64,000 nt of DNA from Candidatus Omnitrophota bacterium (lineage in GTDB: Bacteria > Omnitrophota > Gorgyraeia > Gorgyraeales > Gorgyraeaceae): positions 16,839 through 80,838 of the forward strand of contig JAUSEX010000040.1 of NCBI GenBank assembly GCA_030649895.1, written 5' to 3'. A program made the translations under genes and the position numbers. Below the pieces are notes generated by a model. That model was given only the letters and a program-made list of their open reading frames with translations. It made no database searches and was not told the origin of the DNA. Below are positions 40,018 through 49,958 of the stretch, one piece after another. The stretch's first letter is position 1; every line of letters begins with the position of its first letter.

Positions 40018-41199
40018 ATGTCATATGAACTGTGGATTAGTTTTAGATATCTGATTTCAAGGCGCAAGGAAAAATTTATTTCCATTATAAGTCTTATATC
40101 AATAATGGGCGTAGCTTTGGGCGTGACAGCGCTTATTGTGGTGTTGGCTGTAATGAGCGGCTTTGACAAAGACCTTCGCGAAAAGATAGTCGGCACAAAT
40201 TCGCATATAATAATTGAAAAAGAAGGCGGGATAACTGATTATAACGCGGTTATAAGCGAGATAAATAAGATACCGCATGTAAAAGCGAGTTCCCCTTTTA
40301 TAAATGGCCAGGCTTTGATAAGGCGGGACGAGCAGGTCCTGGGGCTGATATTGCGAGGCATAGACCCTGCAAGAGAAAAAGACGTCACTAACATACAAAA
40401 ATACCTGGAATCAGGCACATTAGAGCTTAAGAAAGACACAGTCATGATAGGTAAAGAGCTTTCTTTAAGGCTGGGTTTAAAGATAGGGGAGATTATCTCT
40501 CTTGTTTCCGCCGCAGACCCTCAGCCGAAGAGCTTCAAGGTAACAGGTATATTTAATTCAGGCATGTTTGAATACGATATGAACCTTATATTTACAAATC
40601 TTGAAGGCGCTCAAGCATTTTATGCCACAGGTGATGTAGCGGGCGGCATAGGCGTAAGGGTAGATGACGTAAACAGCGCAGATCGCATAAAAAAGGATGT
40701 CCAGGAAAAAATAGGTTTTGATTACTGGGTGAGAAGCTGGTCTGAACTCAACAAAAATCTGTTTAGCGCGCTGAAGCTTGAGAAGATAACTATGTTTATA
40801 ATACTCGCGCTTATCGTGGTGGTGGCGTGTTTCAATATAGCCAGCACTCTTATAATGATGGTAATGGAAAAGACAAAAGATATAGGAATACTTAAATCAA
40901 TAGGCGTTGACAATAGCGGCATAAGAAGGATATTTATGCTGGATGGCTTTCTGATAGGTTTTGCAGGGACTGTCATAGGCGCTATAGGGGGTTTTGGCCT
41001 GTGTTATTTATTAAAGACGTACCAGTTTATAAAACTGCCGAAAGATATTTATTATATAGACAGATTGCCTGTTAATCTGGAGCTGTCGGATTCAATAACA
41101 GTTATAGCTGCGGCAGTGCTTATAAGTTTGTTATCAACGCTTTACCCTTCATGGCAGGCGGCAAAAATGGAGCCGGTAGAAGCGTTAAGATATGAATAA
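40018..41199 (+). CDS. lolE: Lipoprotein-releasing ABC transporter permease LolC/E
   Basis: GVALGV.ALIVVLAVMSGF, MEKTKDIGILKSIG, YYIDRLPV, YPSWQAAK.EPVEALRYE. Confidence 0.9.
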   Translation: MSYELWISFRYLISRRKEKFISIISLISIMGVALGVTALIVVLAVMSGFDKDLREKIVGTNSHIIIEKEGGITDYNAVISEINKIPHVKASSPFINGQALIRRDEQVLGLILRGIDPAREKDVTNIQKYLESGTLELKKDTVMIGKELSLRLGLKIGEIISLVSAADPQPKSFKVTGIFNSGMFEYDMNLIFTNLEGAQAFYATGDVAGGIGVRVDDVNSADRIKKDVQEKIGFDYWVRSWSELNKNLFSALKLEKITMFIILALIVVVACFNIASTLIMMVMEKTKDIGILKSIGVDNSGIRRIFMLDGFLIGFAGTVIGAIGGFGLCYLLKTYQFIKLPKDIYYIDRLPVNLELSDSITVIAAAVLISLLSTLYPSWQAAKMEPVEALRYE

Positions 41200-41200
41200 A

Positions 41201-41260
41201 TAGCGTTTAACGTAGAGCGTATAGTTTTTCTATCCGCTATCCGCTATACGCTATACGCTA
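41201..41260. repeat. Inverted heptamer arrays (TAGCGTA / CTATACG) forming an intergenic hairpin
   Basis: tagcgtt taacgta gagcgta tag ... ctatccg ctatccg ctatacg ctatacg cta. Confidence 0.75.
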
Positions 41261-41265
41261 ATATT

Positions 41266-41940
41266 ATGCTACGGGCTGATAATGTTCATAAGATATATAA
41301 AGACGGAAAAAAAGAGCTGCATGTTTTAAAAGGGGTCAGCTTAGAAATAAGGAAAGACGAGATAATAGCTATAGTAGGCCCTTCCGGGGCGGGCAAATCA
41401 ACGCTTTTGCATATACTGGGAGGCATAGACAAACCAAGCTCGGGCAAGGTATTTCTGGACAATTCTGATTTTTACAGCCTGGATGACGTTAAAAGGGCGA
41501 GGTTTAGAAATCAGAAGATAGGGTTTGTATTTCAGTTTTATCATTTGTTGCCGGAATTTACTGCATTGGAAAATGTAATGCTGCCGGCGTTGATAAAGAT
41601 TAAGGAAACCGGGGGCAAAAGGCCCGTGGTAAAAAACAGAGCTGAAGTTTTGCTGGAAGATGTTGGACTGGAAAAGAGGATGCATCACAGGCCTGGCGAA
41701 CTTTCAGGAGGGGAACAGCAAAGGGTTGCGATAGCAAGGGCGCTCGTAAATAATCCAAAGGCGCTATTGTGCGACGAGCCAACAGGCAACCTGGATTCTG
41801 AAATGGGCCAGGAGATATTGAACATACTGTTCAATTTGAATAAAAAACATAAGACTGCAATCGTGATCGTCACTCACGACAAAGAAATAGCAAAAAAGGC
41901 GCATAAGATAATAGAAATGAAAGACGGAAAAATACTTTGA
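41266..41940 (+). CDS. lolD: Lipoprotein-releasing ABC transporter ATPase LolD
   Basis: GPSGAGKST, GFVFQFYHLLPEFTALENV, LSGGEQQR, DEPTGNLD. Confidence 0.9.
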   Translation: MLRADNVHKIYKDGKKELHVLKGVSLEIRKDEIIAIVGPSGAGKSTLLHILGGIDKPSSGKVFLDNSDFYSLDDVKRARFRNQKIGFVFQFYHLLPEFTALENVMLPALIKIKETGGKRPVVKNRAEVLLEDVGLEKRMHHRPGELSGGEQQRVAIARALVNNPKALLCDEPTGNLDSEMGQEILNILFNLNKKHKTAIVIVTHDKEIAKKAHKIIEMKDGKIL

Positions 41941-41977
41941 AAACAGTGTGCCAAAACATTTTGTTAGCGGAGGGAAC

Positions 41978-42850
41978 ATGTCATTGAAAATTTATATCAA
42001 CGGCGAATATTTTGAAAAAGATCAGGCAAAGGTTTCTGTTTTTGACCATGGGCTTTTGTACGGCGACGGGGTGTTTGAAGGCATCCGCTCGTACAGCAGG
42101 CTTGTATTTAAGCTCAAGGAGCACATAGATAGGCTTTATGAATCAAGCCAGGGTATCATGCTTACGATCCCGCTTTCAAAAGAAGAAATGATAAAGGCGG
42201 TTGTGGCCACTCTTAAATTAAATGAACTGGAGAATGCATATATCAGGCTCATAGTTACAAGAGGCGTGGGGGACCTGGGATTGGACCCTAGAAAATGCAA
42301 GAACGCCTCTGTCATTATTATTACGGATAATATCAAGCTTTATCCGGAAAAGATGTACAAGGAAGGCCTGAGCATTATTACAGTGCCTACTCCAAGAAAT
42401 ATCCCCGAGGCGTTAAACCCTCAGATTAAATCCTTGAACTATCTCAATAATATCCTCGCTAAGATAGAGGCCTTGAATTCAGGGTACGAAGAGGCATTGA
42501 TGTTTACTGCCCATGGATATGTGGCAGAATGCACTGGAGATAATATTTTTATTATAAAAGATAATAATCTGATCACGCCTCCCGCCTTTCTCGGTATACT
42601 CAAGGGCATTACAAGGGCGTGCGTCATGGATATTGCAAGAAAGGCCGGTATGACGGTCAAAGAAGAAGTTATTACGCGGCATAGTATTTTCACGGCTGAC
42701 GAATGTTTTCTTACAGGCACGGCAGCGGAGATTATTCCTGTTGTGACCGTGGATAAGAGGGTTATCGGAAATAAAGAGCCTGGAAAAATTACTCTGAGCC
42801 TGATGAAAGAATTCAAGAAGGTCACAAAGATAGACGGCGTAAAATATTGA
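41978..42850 (+). CDS. ilvE: Branched-chain amino acid aminotransferase
   Basis: FDHGLLYGDGVFEGIR, KSLNYLNN, LKGITR, FLTGTAAE. Confidence 0.95.
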   Translation: MSLKIYINGEYFEKDQAKVSVFDHGLLYGDGVFEGIRSYSRLVFKLKEHIDRLYESSQGIMLTIPLSKEEMIKAVVATLKLNELENAYIRLIVTRGVGDLGLDPRKCKNASVIIITDNIKLYPEKMYKEGLSIITVPTPRNIPEALNPQIKSLNYLNNILAKIEALNSGYEEALMFTAHGYVAECTGDNIFIIKDNNLITPPAFLGILKGITRACVMDIARKAGMTVKEEVITRHSIFTADECFLTGTAAEIIPVVTVDKRVIGNKEPGKITLSLMKEFKKVTKIDGVKY

Positions 42851-42929
42851 TTTAAGTAAAAAGGCAAAACCTGGACCCAAAATTTAAAAAAACCGAGATT
42901 TTTACTTTTAAATTTAATAAGGGGGTTTT

Positions 42930-43433
42930 ATGTTGTGTAACATATGCGCTAAGAATCAGGCCACTGTTCATCTTACAGAGATAATAGACGACCAGATAAC
43001 AGAGCTGCATCTGTGCGAGGAGTGCGCCCAGAAAAAAGGCGCGCAGATGGAAAGCCATTTCGGGCTGTCTGATTTACTGGCTGGCCTGGCAGATCTTGGC
43101 ACGCAGTTCTCTAAGACTAAGACAGAGGCGGTAAAGGTTAAATGCCACAAGTGCGGCCTTACCTATGAAGATTTTAAAAAGGTTGGAAGGCTTGGCTGCG
43201 GCGAATGCTATAATGCCTTTAAGGAGGCGCTTGTGCCTCTTTTAAAAAGGATACACGGTTCAACGCAGCATTACGGCAAATCTCCCAAGAAGATAGCTAA
43301 GGTGATAAAAGCGAAGAACGATCTGGAGACATTAAAAGAAAAACTCCAGAAGGCGATACAGAAAGAAGATTTTGAAGAAGCCGCTAAACTGCGCGATAAG
43401 ATAAGGGAAGCGGATAAAAAGAATAATAAATAA
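42930..43433 (+). CDS. mcsA: McsA (Zn-finger/UVR activator of McsB)
   Basis: MLC..C....AT.H, LC..CA, C..CG.T..DF...GRLGC..CY, EDFEEAAKLRD. Confidence 0.92.
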   Translation: MLCNICAKNQATVHLTEIIDDQITELHLCEECAQKKGAQMESHFGLSDLLAGLADLGTQFSKTKTEAVKVKCHKCGLTYEDFKKVGRLGCGECYNAFKEALVPLLKRIHGSTQHYGKSPKKIAKVIKAKNDLETLKEKLQKAIQKEDFEEAAKLRDKIREADKKNNK

Positions 43434-43445
43434 GAGGGAGAAATT

Positions 43446-44495
43446 ATGACGTTAGATGACCTGTTGAATAATACGGGAGAGTGGATCAGGTGTACGGGGC
43501 CTGCCTGCGATATAGTAATGTCTTCTCGCGTCAGGCTGGCGAGAAACCTTGCTAATTATCCTTTTTCGCATTGGGCCAGCAAAAAAGAGCAGGAAGCCGT
43601 GCTGGAGGCCTCTAAGCAAAGCATATTTTCTATTAAGAGGTTGAAGGATTCATTGTTTCTGGAAATAGGAAAACTGGATCCGATAGACAAGCAATTTCTT
43701 GTGGAAAGGCATCTTATGAGCAAGGAGCATATGGTGGATTCGGAAAACAAAGGCTTATCTGTCGGCCAGGACGAGGTCCTAAGTATAATGATAAACGAAG
43801 AAGACCACCTGCGCATGCAGGTCATGAAATCAGGTTTCAATCTGAAAGAGGCGTGGCAGATATTGGATGAAATAGACACCGAGCTTGGCAATTCTCTGGA
43901 CTTTGCGTACTCCGTGGATTTTGGTTATCTGACAGCCTGTCCGACAAACACAGGCACGGGCATGAGGGCGTCTGTGATGCTGCATCTCCCTTCGCTTGTT
44001 ATGACAAAACAGATCGGAAAGGTGCTTCAGGCGATTACGAAGCTGAGTTTGACTGCGCGTGGCCTGTATGGAGAAGGCACGGAGGCAACCGGCAATTTTT
44101 TTCAGATATCCAATCAGGTTTCTTTGGGCCATAAAGAAGAGGATATAATTGATAACATAGACAGGATTATAAAACAGATAGTGGATCACGAACAGAACGC
44201 CAGGGAAACGCTTCTTGCGCAAAATAGAGAGGCCCTGGAAGACAGGATCTGGCGGGCGTACGGCACATTGAAGAGCGCGCATATAATAACCAGCACGGAG
44301 ACCATAGACCTTCTTTCGCTGGCAAGGTTAGGCGTTGACTTAGGGGTCGTAAAACAGGCAGACAGGACGCTTATAAACGAACTTTTTGTGATAACTCAGC
44401 CTGCGCATCTTCAGAAATTGGAAAAGAAAAAACTTACACCTAACCAGAGGGACGTTAAAAGGGCGGAGATTATCAGAGAAAAATTAGGAAAATAA
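43446..44495 (+). CDS. mcsB: Protein arginine kinase McsB
   Basis: SSRVRLARN, NEEDHLR, GYLTACPTNTGTG.RAS, RGLYGEG. Confidence 0.95.
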   Translation: MTLDDLLNNTGEWIRCTGPACDIVMSSRVRLARNLANYPFSHWASKKEQEAVLEASKQSIFSIKRLKDSLFLEIGKLDPIDKQFLVERHLMSKEHMVDSENKGLSVGQDEVLSIMINEEDHLRMQVMKSGFNLKEAWQILDEIDTELGNSLDFAYSVDFGYLTACPTNTGTGMRASVMLHLPSLVMTKQIGKVLQAITKLSLTARGLYGEGTEATGNFFQISNQVSLGHKEEDIIDNIDRIIKQIVDHEQNARETLLAQNREALEDRIWRAYGTLKSAHIITSTETIDLLSLARLGVDLGVVKQADRTLINELFVITQPAHLQKLEKKKLTPNQRDVKRAEIIREKLGK

Positions 44496-44514
44496 TAAAT
44501 AGGAGGAGCTAGTC

Positions 44515-46983
44515 ATGTTCAACAGGTTTACGGAACGCGCCAGAAAAGTAATATTATTGGCAAAAGAGGAGGCAAAAAGGTTTAACCACGATTATATAGG
44601 CACGGAGCATATATTGCTCGGCCTTTTAAGCGAAGGCGAAGGCGTGGCTGCGGTTGTTTTGCAGAAAATGGGATTGAACCTGCAGCAGATACGCATGGAG
44701 ATAGAAAAGATAGTAAAGCCAGGCGCCCCGATGGTTGTGTCAGGCGACATACCGTTTACTCCTACGGCTAAAAAGGTTATAGAGCTCTCGAACGAAGAAG
44801 CCAGATCCCTGGGCCATAATTACATAGGCACGGAACATATTTTGCTGGGGCTTATAAGAGAAGGCGAAGGCGTTGCGTCCCAGGTGCTGGTAAATCTCGG
44901 GCTCGACCTGAATAAGGTCAGGGAAGGGATAGCCGAACTTTTGGGTTCCAATATACAGCCGGGTTTCAGCGCGCCTCAACAAGGCCAGGGCCATGGACAA
45001 GGCGCTGGCGGCCATACTGCTACGCAGCAGAGACCGGGTTCCAAAACTCCTGCGCTTGACGCATTCGGTAGAAACCTTACTCAGCTTGCGCGTGATAATA
45101 AATTAGATCCTGTCATAGGAAGGGAGAATGAGATAGAAAGGGTTATCCAGATACTTTCAAGGCGCACAAAAAATAACCCTGTTCTTTTAGGCGAGGCAGG
45201 CGTTGGGAAAACAGCTATAGTGGAAGGCCTAGCGCAGAAGATAGTAAAAGGAGATATTCCTGAAGTGTTAAAAGATAAAAAGGTGATAATCCTGGACTTG
45301 GCGCTCATGGTGGCAGGCACGAAATACAGGGGCCAGTTTGAAGAGAGAATAAAAGCTGTGATGGACGAGATAAAAAGGTCTGAAAATGTAATGATTTTTA
45401 TTGACGAATTACACACGCTGGTAGGAGCGGGCGGCGCAGAAGGCGCCATAGACGCCTCCAATATATTGAAACCCGCGCTTTCAAGAGGAGAGATACAGTG
45501 CATAGGCGCTACAACCCTTGATGAATACAGGAAGCACATAGAAAAGGACGCTGCGCTTGAAAGGCGTTTTCAGACAATCATGGTGGATCCGCCTAGCGTT
45601 GATGAAACAATTGAGATACTGAAAGGCCTCAGGGATAGATATGAGGCGCATCACAGGGTTGAGATTACGGATTCCGCAGTAGAGGCTGCGGCAAAATTTT
45701 CAGACAGGTATATTGCTGGAAGATTTTTGCCTGACAAGGCTATAGATCTTATAGATGAAGCAGGCGCAAAGGCCAGGCTTTCCATCATGACCGCGCCTAA
45801 AGAAATAAAAGACATGGAAAGCGATATAGAGAATATCCATAAAGAAAAAGATTCCGCTATAAAAAACCAGGATTTTGAAAAGGCGGCCAACTTGAGAGAC
45901 GAGGAAAAAAAGGCCCGCGTGAAACTTGATAAAACGCGCGAAGAATGGAAAAAATCCAGGATGGAGGCGAGGCCAAAGGTTGACGAGGAAATGATCGCGA
46001 ATATAGTTTCAAAATGGACAGGCATACCCATCTTCAGGCTCGAGGAAAAGGAATCCGAAAGGCTCATGAAGATGGAAGAAGAACTGCACAAAAGAATCAT
46101 AGGCCAGGACGAATCTATAAGCGCTATTGCGCACGCGGTCAGGAGGTCGCGCGCAGGCATAAAGAATCCAAAGAGGCCCATAGGCTCTTTTATATTTCTC
46201 GGGCCTACGGGCGTAGGCAAGACCCATTTAGGAAGAGTGCTTGCGGAATTCATGTTTGGCGACGAGAATGCGCTTATACAGCTCGATATGTCTGAATACA
46301 TGGAAAAGTTTAACGTGTCAAGGCTCGTAGGGGCTCCTCCGGGGTATGTAGGCTATGAAGAAGGAGGGCAGCTTACGGAAAAAGTAAGGCGCAGGCCTTA
46401 TTCAGTAGTGCTTTTAGACGAGATAGAAAAGGCGCATCCTGATGTATTTAACATATTGCTTCAGGTTCTGGAAGATGGGCGTCTTACAGACAGTTTCGGC
46501 AGAAAAGTAGACTTTAGAAATACCGTACTTATAATGACGTCGAATGTCGGAGCGGATATATTCAGGAAGCAAGGTTCGCTTGGTTTTAAATCAGAATCCA
46601 AAGAGGTGACTTACAAGGATATGAAAGAAAGGCTCCTGGAGCAGGTCAAGAAAACATTCAAACCGGAATTTCTAAACAGGATTGACGATACTATAGTATT
46701 TCATCCGCTTACAAAAGATGACCTCTATAAAATTATAGAGATAGAGATGAAAGAGGTGATCGGCAGATTAAAAGAGCAGGCCGTGGATATAAGCCTTGAT
46801 CAGTCGGCAAAAGACTTTTTGATAGAACAAGGTTTTGACCCTGTTTTCGGGGCCAGGCCTTTAAAGCGCACTATACAGAGGTTTTTGGAAGATCCGCTGG
46901 CAGAAGAGATTATTTCAAAGCGTCTTGTAAAAGGAAAACCTGTAAAAGTAACTGCTGAGGATGGAAAGCTGATATTTAAGTAA
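44515..46983 (+). CDS. clpC: ATP-dependent Clp protease ATPase ClpC
   Basis: Clp N domain, GEAGVGKT and GPTGVGKT Walker A motifs, UVR middle domain. Confidence 0.97.
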   Translation: MFNRFTERARKVILLAKEEAKRFNHDYIGTEHILLGLLSEGEGVAAVVLQKMGLNLQQIRMEIEKIVKPGAPMVVSGDIPFTPTAKKVIELSNEEARSLGHNYIGTEHILLGLIREGEGVASQVLVNLGLDLNKVREGIAELLGSNIQPGFSAPQQGQGHGQGAGGHTATQQRPGSKTPALDAFGRNLTQLARDNKLDPVIGRENEIERVIQILSRRTKNNPVLLGEAGVGKTAIVEGLAQKIVKGDIPEVLKDKKVIILDLALMVAGTKYRGQFEERIKAVMDEIKRSENVMIFIDELHTLVGAGGAEGAIDASNILKPALSRGEIQCIGATTLDEYRKHIEKDAALERRFQTIMVDPPSVDETIEILKGLRDRYEAHHRVEITDSAVEAAAKFSDRYIAGRFLPDKAIDLIDEAGAKARLSIMTAPKEIKDMESDIENIHKEKDSAIKNQDFEKAANLRDEEKKARVKLDKTREEWKKSRMEARPKVDEEMIANIVSKWTGIPIFRLEEKESERLMKMEEELHKRIIGQDESISAIAHAVRRSRAGIKNPKRPIGSFIFLGPTGVGKTHLGRVLAEFMFGDENALIQLDMSEYMEKFNVSRLVGAPPGYVGYEEGGQLTEKVRRRPYSVVLLDEIEKAHPDVFNILLQVLEDGRLTDSFGRKVDFRNTVLIMTSNVGADIFRKQGSLGFKSESKEVTYKDMKERLLEQVKKTFKPEFLNRIDDTIVFHPLTKDDLYKIIEIEMKEVIGRLKEQAVDISLDQSAKDFLIEQGFDPVFGARPLKRTIQRFLEDPLAEEIISKRLVKGKPVKVTAEDGKLIFK

Positions 46984-47007
46984 CTGTATCATAGGATAGA
47001 CTTTAAC

Positions 47008-48000
47008 TTGCCAAAACGTTCGAAAGTTATAATAGTGGTTACAGCGTTAGTTTTTGTTGTCATCCCGACTGCGCCTGCTCTGGATCTTGGAATAGATAAG
47101 GCGATCTCTTTAGATTTTTATTTTTTTGACAGCAAGAGATTGGTTTCAGAGTTAAAAATAGACAATCTGGATATCAAAGGCGCTGCGCTTTCCGGTAAAT
47201 TTATTTTAAAGGCAAAGGTTCTGAAAGATAATGGCCTGACGGGAAAAATATATTCCGGAGACATGACCATGAATTCAAGCGCCTTGCCGGAGTTAAAAAT
47301 ATTTTTTAAAATTACAAAAGATAAACTGAGGATCTATTCCCTGAATTTCGGAAAAGCCTATCGCTTAAGAGGGACAATAGGCTTGAAAGAGCCTTTTGAA
47401 ACAAACGCGTATTTTGAAATACTCAGGGCGAATCTCAGGGATATGGCGTTGATATTAAAGGCCAAAAGGCCTGATGTCGTGACAGGGATTATGAACGGGC
47501 TTTTTAGTATAAAAGGTCCGCTGGCTAATCTTGAATCAAGCGGTTTTATAGGCGGCAGATCCGGGAAAATAGGGCCTATCTGGTATGATTCCGCTGATAT
47601 AAGAATCCATGGCGCCGGACCTATAATAAATATAGTGAATTCCAGGATCAGGCAGGCTCAGGCCACCTTTACGATGGAAGGCTATATAGACCTGAGGAGC
47701 ATGGCGGGTTCCAACCCGTTGGATTATATAAAATTGAAATCCGATATGAAGACTATAGTCTGGGACGGATGGGATATCAGCAAAGACGGATCTGACAGCC
47801 TTAAGATGGTAAAAGAGATAGGAGAAAAGGTATCAGTCGGGTTCAGGACATTTGCCAGGGAAGAATTGCCGCCTTATCAGAAAAGGGACAAGCTGGATGA
47901 AATGAGCCTGGAATATAAGCTGGATAACGGCCAGATGTTTCAGATGAAATTAAAAGAAAACGAAGAATTTTTTGGCATTGAGCATAAAAAAAGGTTTTAA
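47008..48000 (+). CDS. Exported beta-rich hypothetical protein, AsmA/TamB-like
   Basis: Signal peptide; alternating hydrophobic beta strands (G.F.I.GP, GYIDL); C-terminal LEYKL...FFGIEHKKRF. Confidence 0.5.
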   Translation: MPKRSKVIIVVTALVFVVIPTAPALDLGIDKAISLDFYFFDSKRLVSELKIDNLDIKGAALSGKFILKAKVLKDNGLTGKIYSGDMTMNSSALPELKIFFKITKDKLRIYSLNFGKAYRLRGTIGLKEPFETNAYFEILRANLRDMALILKAKRPDVVTGIMNGLFSIKGPLANLESSGFIGGRSGKIGPIWYDSADIRIHGAGPIINIVNSRIRQAQATFTMEGYIDLRSMAGSNPLDYIKLKSDMKTIVWDGWDISKDGSDSLKMVKEIGEKVSVGFRTFAREELPPYQKRDKLDEMSLEYKLDNGQMFQMKLKENEEFFGIEHKKRF

Positions 48001-48009
48001 GGAGTTTTT

Positions 48010-48792
48010 ATGAGAGAGTGGATAAACAGCCTTGGAATAAAAGCCCTGAATTTTTTTATTTATATAGGCGGTATTTTTAATCTGATGGTTAGCACTGTCT
48101 TTCAGGCATTAATCCCGCCTTTCAGAAAAAAAGAATGGGTTATTCAGATGTATAAGATAGGCGTCATGAGTTTTCCTATAGTTTTCCTGGTGGCATTTTT
48201 TACAGGCATGGTGCTGGCGCTTCAAAGCGCGTATCAATTGACAAAGATGAACGCGCAGATGTATATATCAAGCCTTGTCGCGCTTTCCATGCTGCGGGAA
48301 CTAGGGCCTGTTTTAACGGCGCTGGTAATTGCCGGAAGGGTAGGGGCCAGCATTACAGCTGAACTCGGGACGATGAAGGTGAGCGAACAGATAGACGCCC
48401 TGAGGACTCTTGCTGCAAACCCTGTTAAGTATCTTGTTGTGCCTAGATTTCTTGCGTTGTGCATAATGCTTCCCTTGCTGACGATTTATGCTGATTTTAT
48501 AGGCATAATAGGCGGTTACATGATAGGCGTTTATAAACTTTTGATAGGTTCTACGATATACTGGAAAATGACATTCGACACGCTTGCGTTCAAAGATATA
48601 TTTACAGGGCTTTTCAAGTCATTTATATTCGCGGTAATTATATGCGTAGTTGCGTGCTATGAAGGTTTTGTTACGGAAGGCGGGGCTGAAGGCGTAGGGA
48701 AGGCTACGACGCGCTCTGTTGTCATATCGTTTATTTTAGTAATTGCGGCTGATTGTCTTTTCACGGCGTTGTTTTATTTTATATTTCCATGA
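48010..48792 (+). CDS. mlaE: MlaE-family ABC permease
   Basis: RELGPVLTALVIAGRVGA.ITAELGTMKVSEQIDAL, GGAEGVGKATT. Confidence 0.93.
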   Translation: MREWINSLGIKALNFFIYIGGIFNLMVSTVFQALIPPFRKKEWVIQMYKIGVMSFPIVFLVAFFTGMVLALQSAYQLTKMNAQMYISSLVALSMLRELGPVLTALVIAGRVGASITAELGTMKVSEQIDALRTLAANPVKYLVVPRFLALCIMLPLLTIYADFIGIIGGYMIGVYKLLIGSTIYWKMTFDTLAFKDIFTGLFKSFIFAVIICVVACYEGFVTEGGAEGVGKATTRSVVISFILVIAADCLFTALFYFIFP

Positions 48793-49289
48793 GAATATTA
48801 GGGATCGATCCAGGGCTTGCGATTACAGGTTACGGACTTATAGATTCATGTGGAAACGATGTCAGATTAATGGAGGCCGGGATTATAAGGTCTAACGTAA
48901 AAGATAAAATGGAAAGACGCCTGGCGAGTATTTATAAAAAGGTTATGAACTTGATAAAAGATACGGCTCCGGAGGCAGTGGTGCTGGAAGATCTTTATTC
49001 GCATTACAAACATCCGAAGACTTCTATATTAATGGGCCACGCGCGCGGCGCGATATGCCTTGCGGTAGAGCATCAAAACGTTTCGCTGGTTAATTACCCT
49101 ACTACGAAAATAAAAAAGGCGATTACCGGACACGGCAGGGCTTCAAAAGAACAGATACAGAGGACTGTTACAAGTTTATTGGGATTAAAAAAGCCGCCTG
49201 AGCCGGTTGATGTTACAGACGCGCTGGCTTTAGCTATTACGCACGCCAATATATGGAGACATAGAAATGATTTGCAGGATTTCAGGTAA
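48789..49289 (+). CDS. ruvC: Holliday junction resolvase RuvC
   Basis: ILGIDPGLA.TGYG, ARG, G.GRASKEQ, DV.DALALAITH. Confidence 0.95.
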   Translation: MRILGIDPGLAITGYGLIDSCGNDVRLMEAGIIRSNVKDKMERRLASIYKKVMNLIKDTAPEAVVLEDLYSHYKHPKTSILMGHARGAICLAVEHQNVSLVNYPTTKIKKAITGHGRASKEQIQRTVTSLLGLKKPPEPVDVTDALALAITHANIWRHRNDLQDFR

Positions 49290-49896
49290 ATTAGTAGAGA
49301 AGAGAGAGGATTCAATAGTGCTGGATGTTAACGGGATATGTTATGAAGTACTTGTCCCCGGCGCTGTGATGCAATGCATGGGAAGCGCCGCGCAGCTTAA
49401 CGGGACTGTTTCCCTTATTACGTTTCATTATTTTCAACTGGAGCCGTCAAAAGGATTTCAGTGCCTGATAGGCTTTATGAATGAGATAGAAAAAGAATTT
49501 TTTGAAAAATTCATAACAGTTTCCGGTATTGGCCCAAAGGCTGCTGTAAGGGCGCTGAAGATGCCTATATCCATGATTGCCAGGGCAATTGATATGGCGG
49601 ATGTGCCTTTTCTGAAATCTTTGCCTGGAATCGGAGAGCAGAGGGCGAGGGAAATCGTGGCGAAACTTCAGGGCAAGGTTGGAAAATTCGGGCTTATGCA
49701 GGATACAAGAACCGGGGCTGAAGCCTTTACGGGAAAACACGATATACAGGAAGAGGCAATGGGCGTTTTATCGCAGCTTCAGTATAAAAAAAATGAAGCC
49801 AAGAGCATGCTGGACGAGGCGTTGACGCGCAATCCTGGAATAGAGACGGCGGAAGATCTGCTGAACGAAGTCTATAAGCAGAAGTCGAAAAAATAG
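49267..49896 (+). CDS. ruvA: Holliday junction branch migration protein RuvA
   Basis: DVNGI.YEV, VSGIGPKAA, LPGIG...A..I. Confidence 0.93.
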   Translation: MICRISGKLVEKREDSIVLDVNGICYEVLVPGAVMQCMGSAAQLNGTVSLITFHYFQLEPSKGFQCLIGFMNEIEKEFFEKFITVSGIGPKAAVRALKMPISMIARAIDMADVPFLKSLPGIGEQRAREIVAKLQGKVGKFGLMQDTRTGAEAFTGKHDIQEEAMGVLSQLQYKKNEAKSMLDEALTRNPGIETAEDLLNEVYKQKSKK

Positions 49897-49914
49897 GAGA
49901 GCTATCAGAAGTTA

Positions 49915-49941
49915 CAGGGAACGGTTTAAAACCGTTCCCTG
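49915..49941. repeat. REP-like palindrome between ruvA and ruvB
   Basis: CAGGGAACGGTTT-A-AAACCGTTCCCTG. Confidence 0.75.
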
Positions 49942-49958
49942 CGGCCTGTAAAAAACTT

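Noticed and set aside
42851-42929. CtsR or CIRCE box upstream of mcsA
   Set aside because: Neither GGTCAAA direct repeats nor TTAGCACTC-N9-GAGTGCTAA is present
44940-45045. Q/G-rich insert in ClpC (QQGQGHGQGAGGH)
   Set aside because: Falls in the naturally variable N-domain linker and has no palindromic structure
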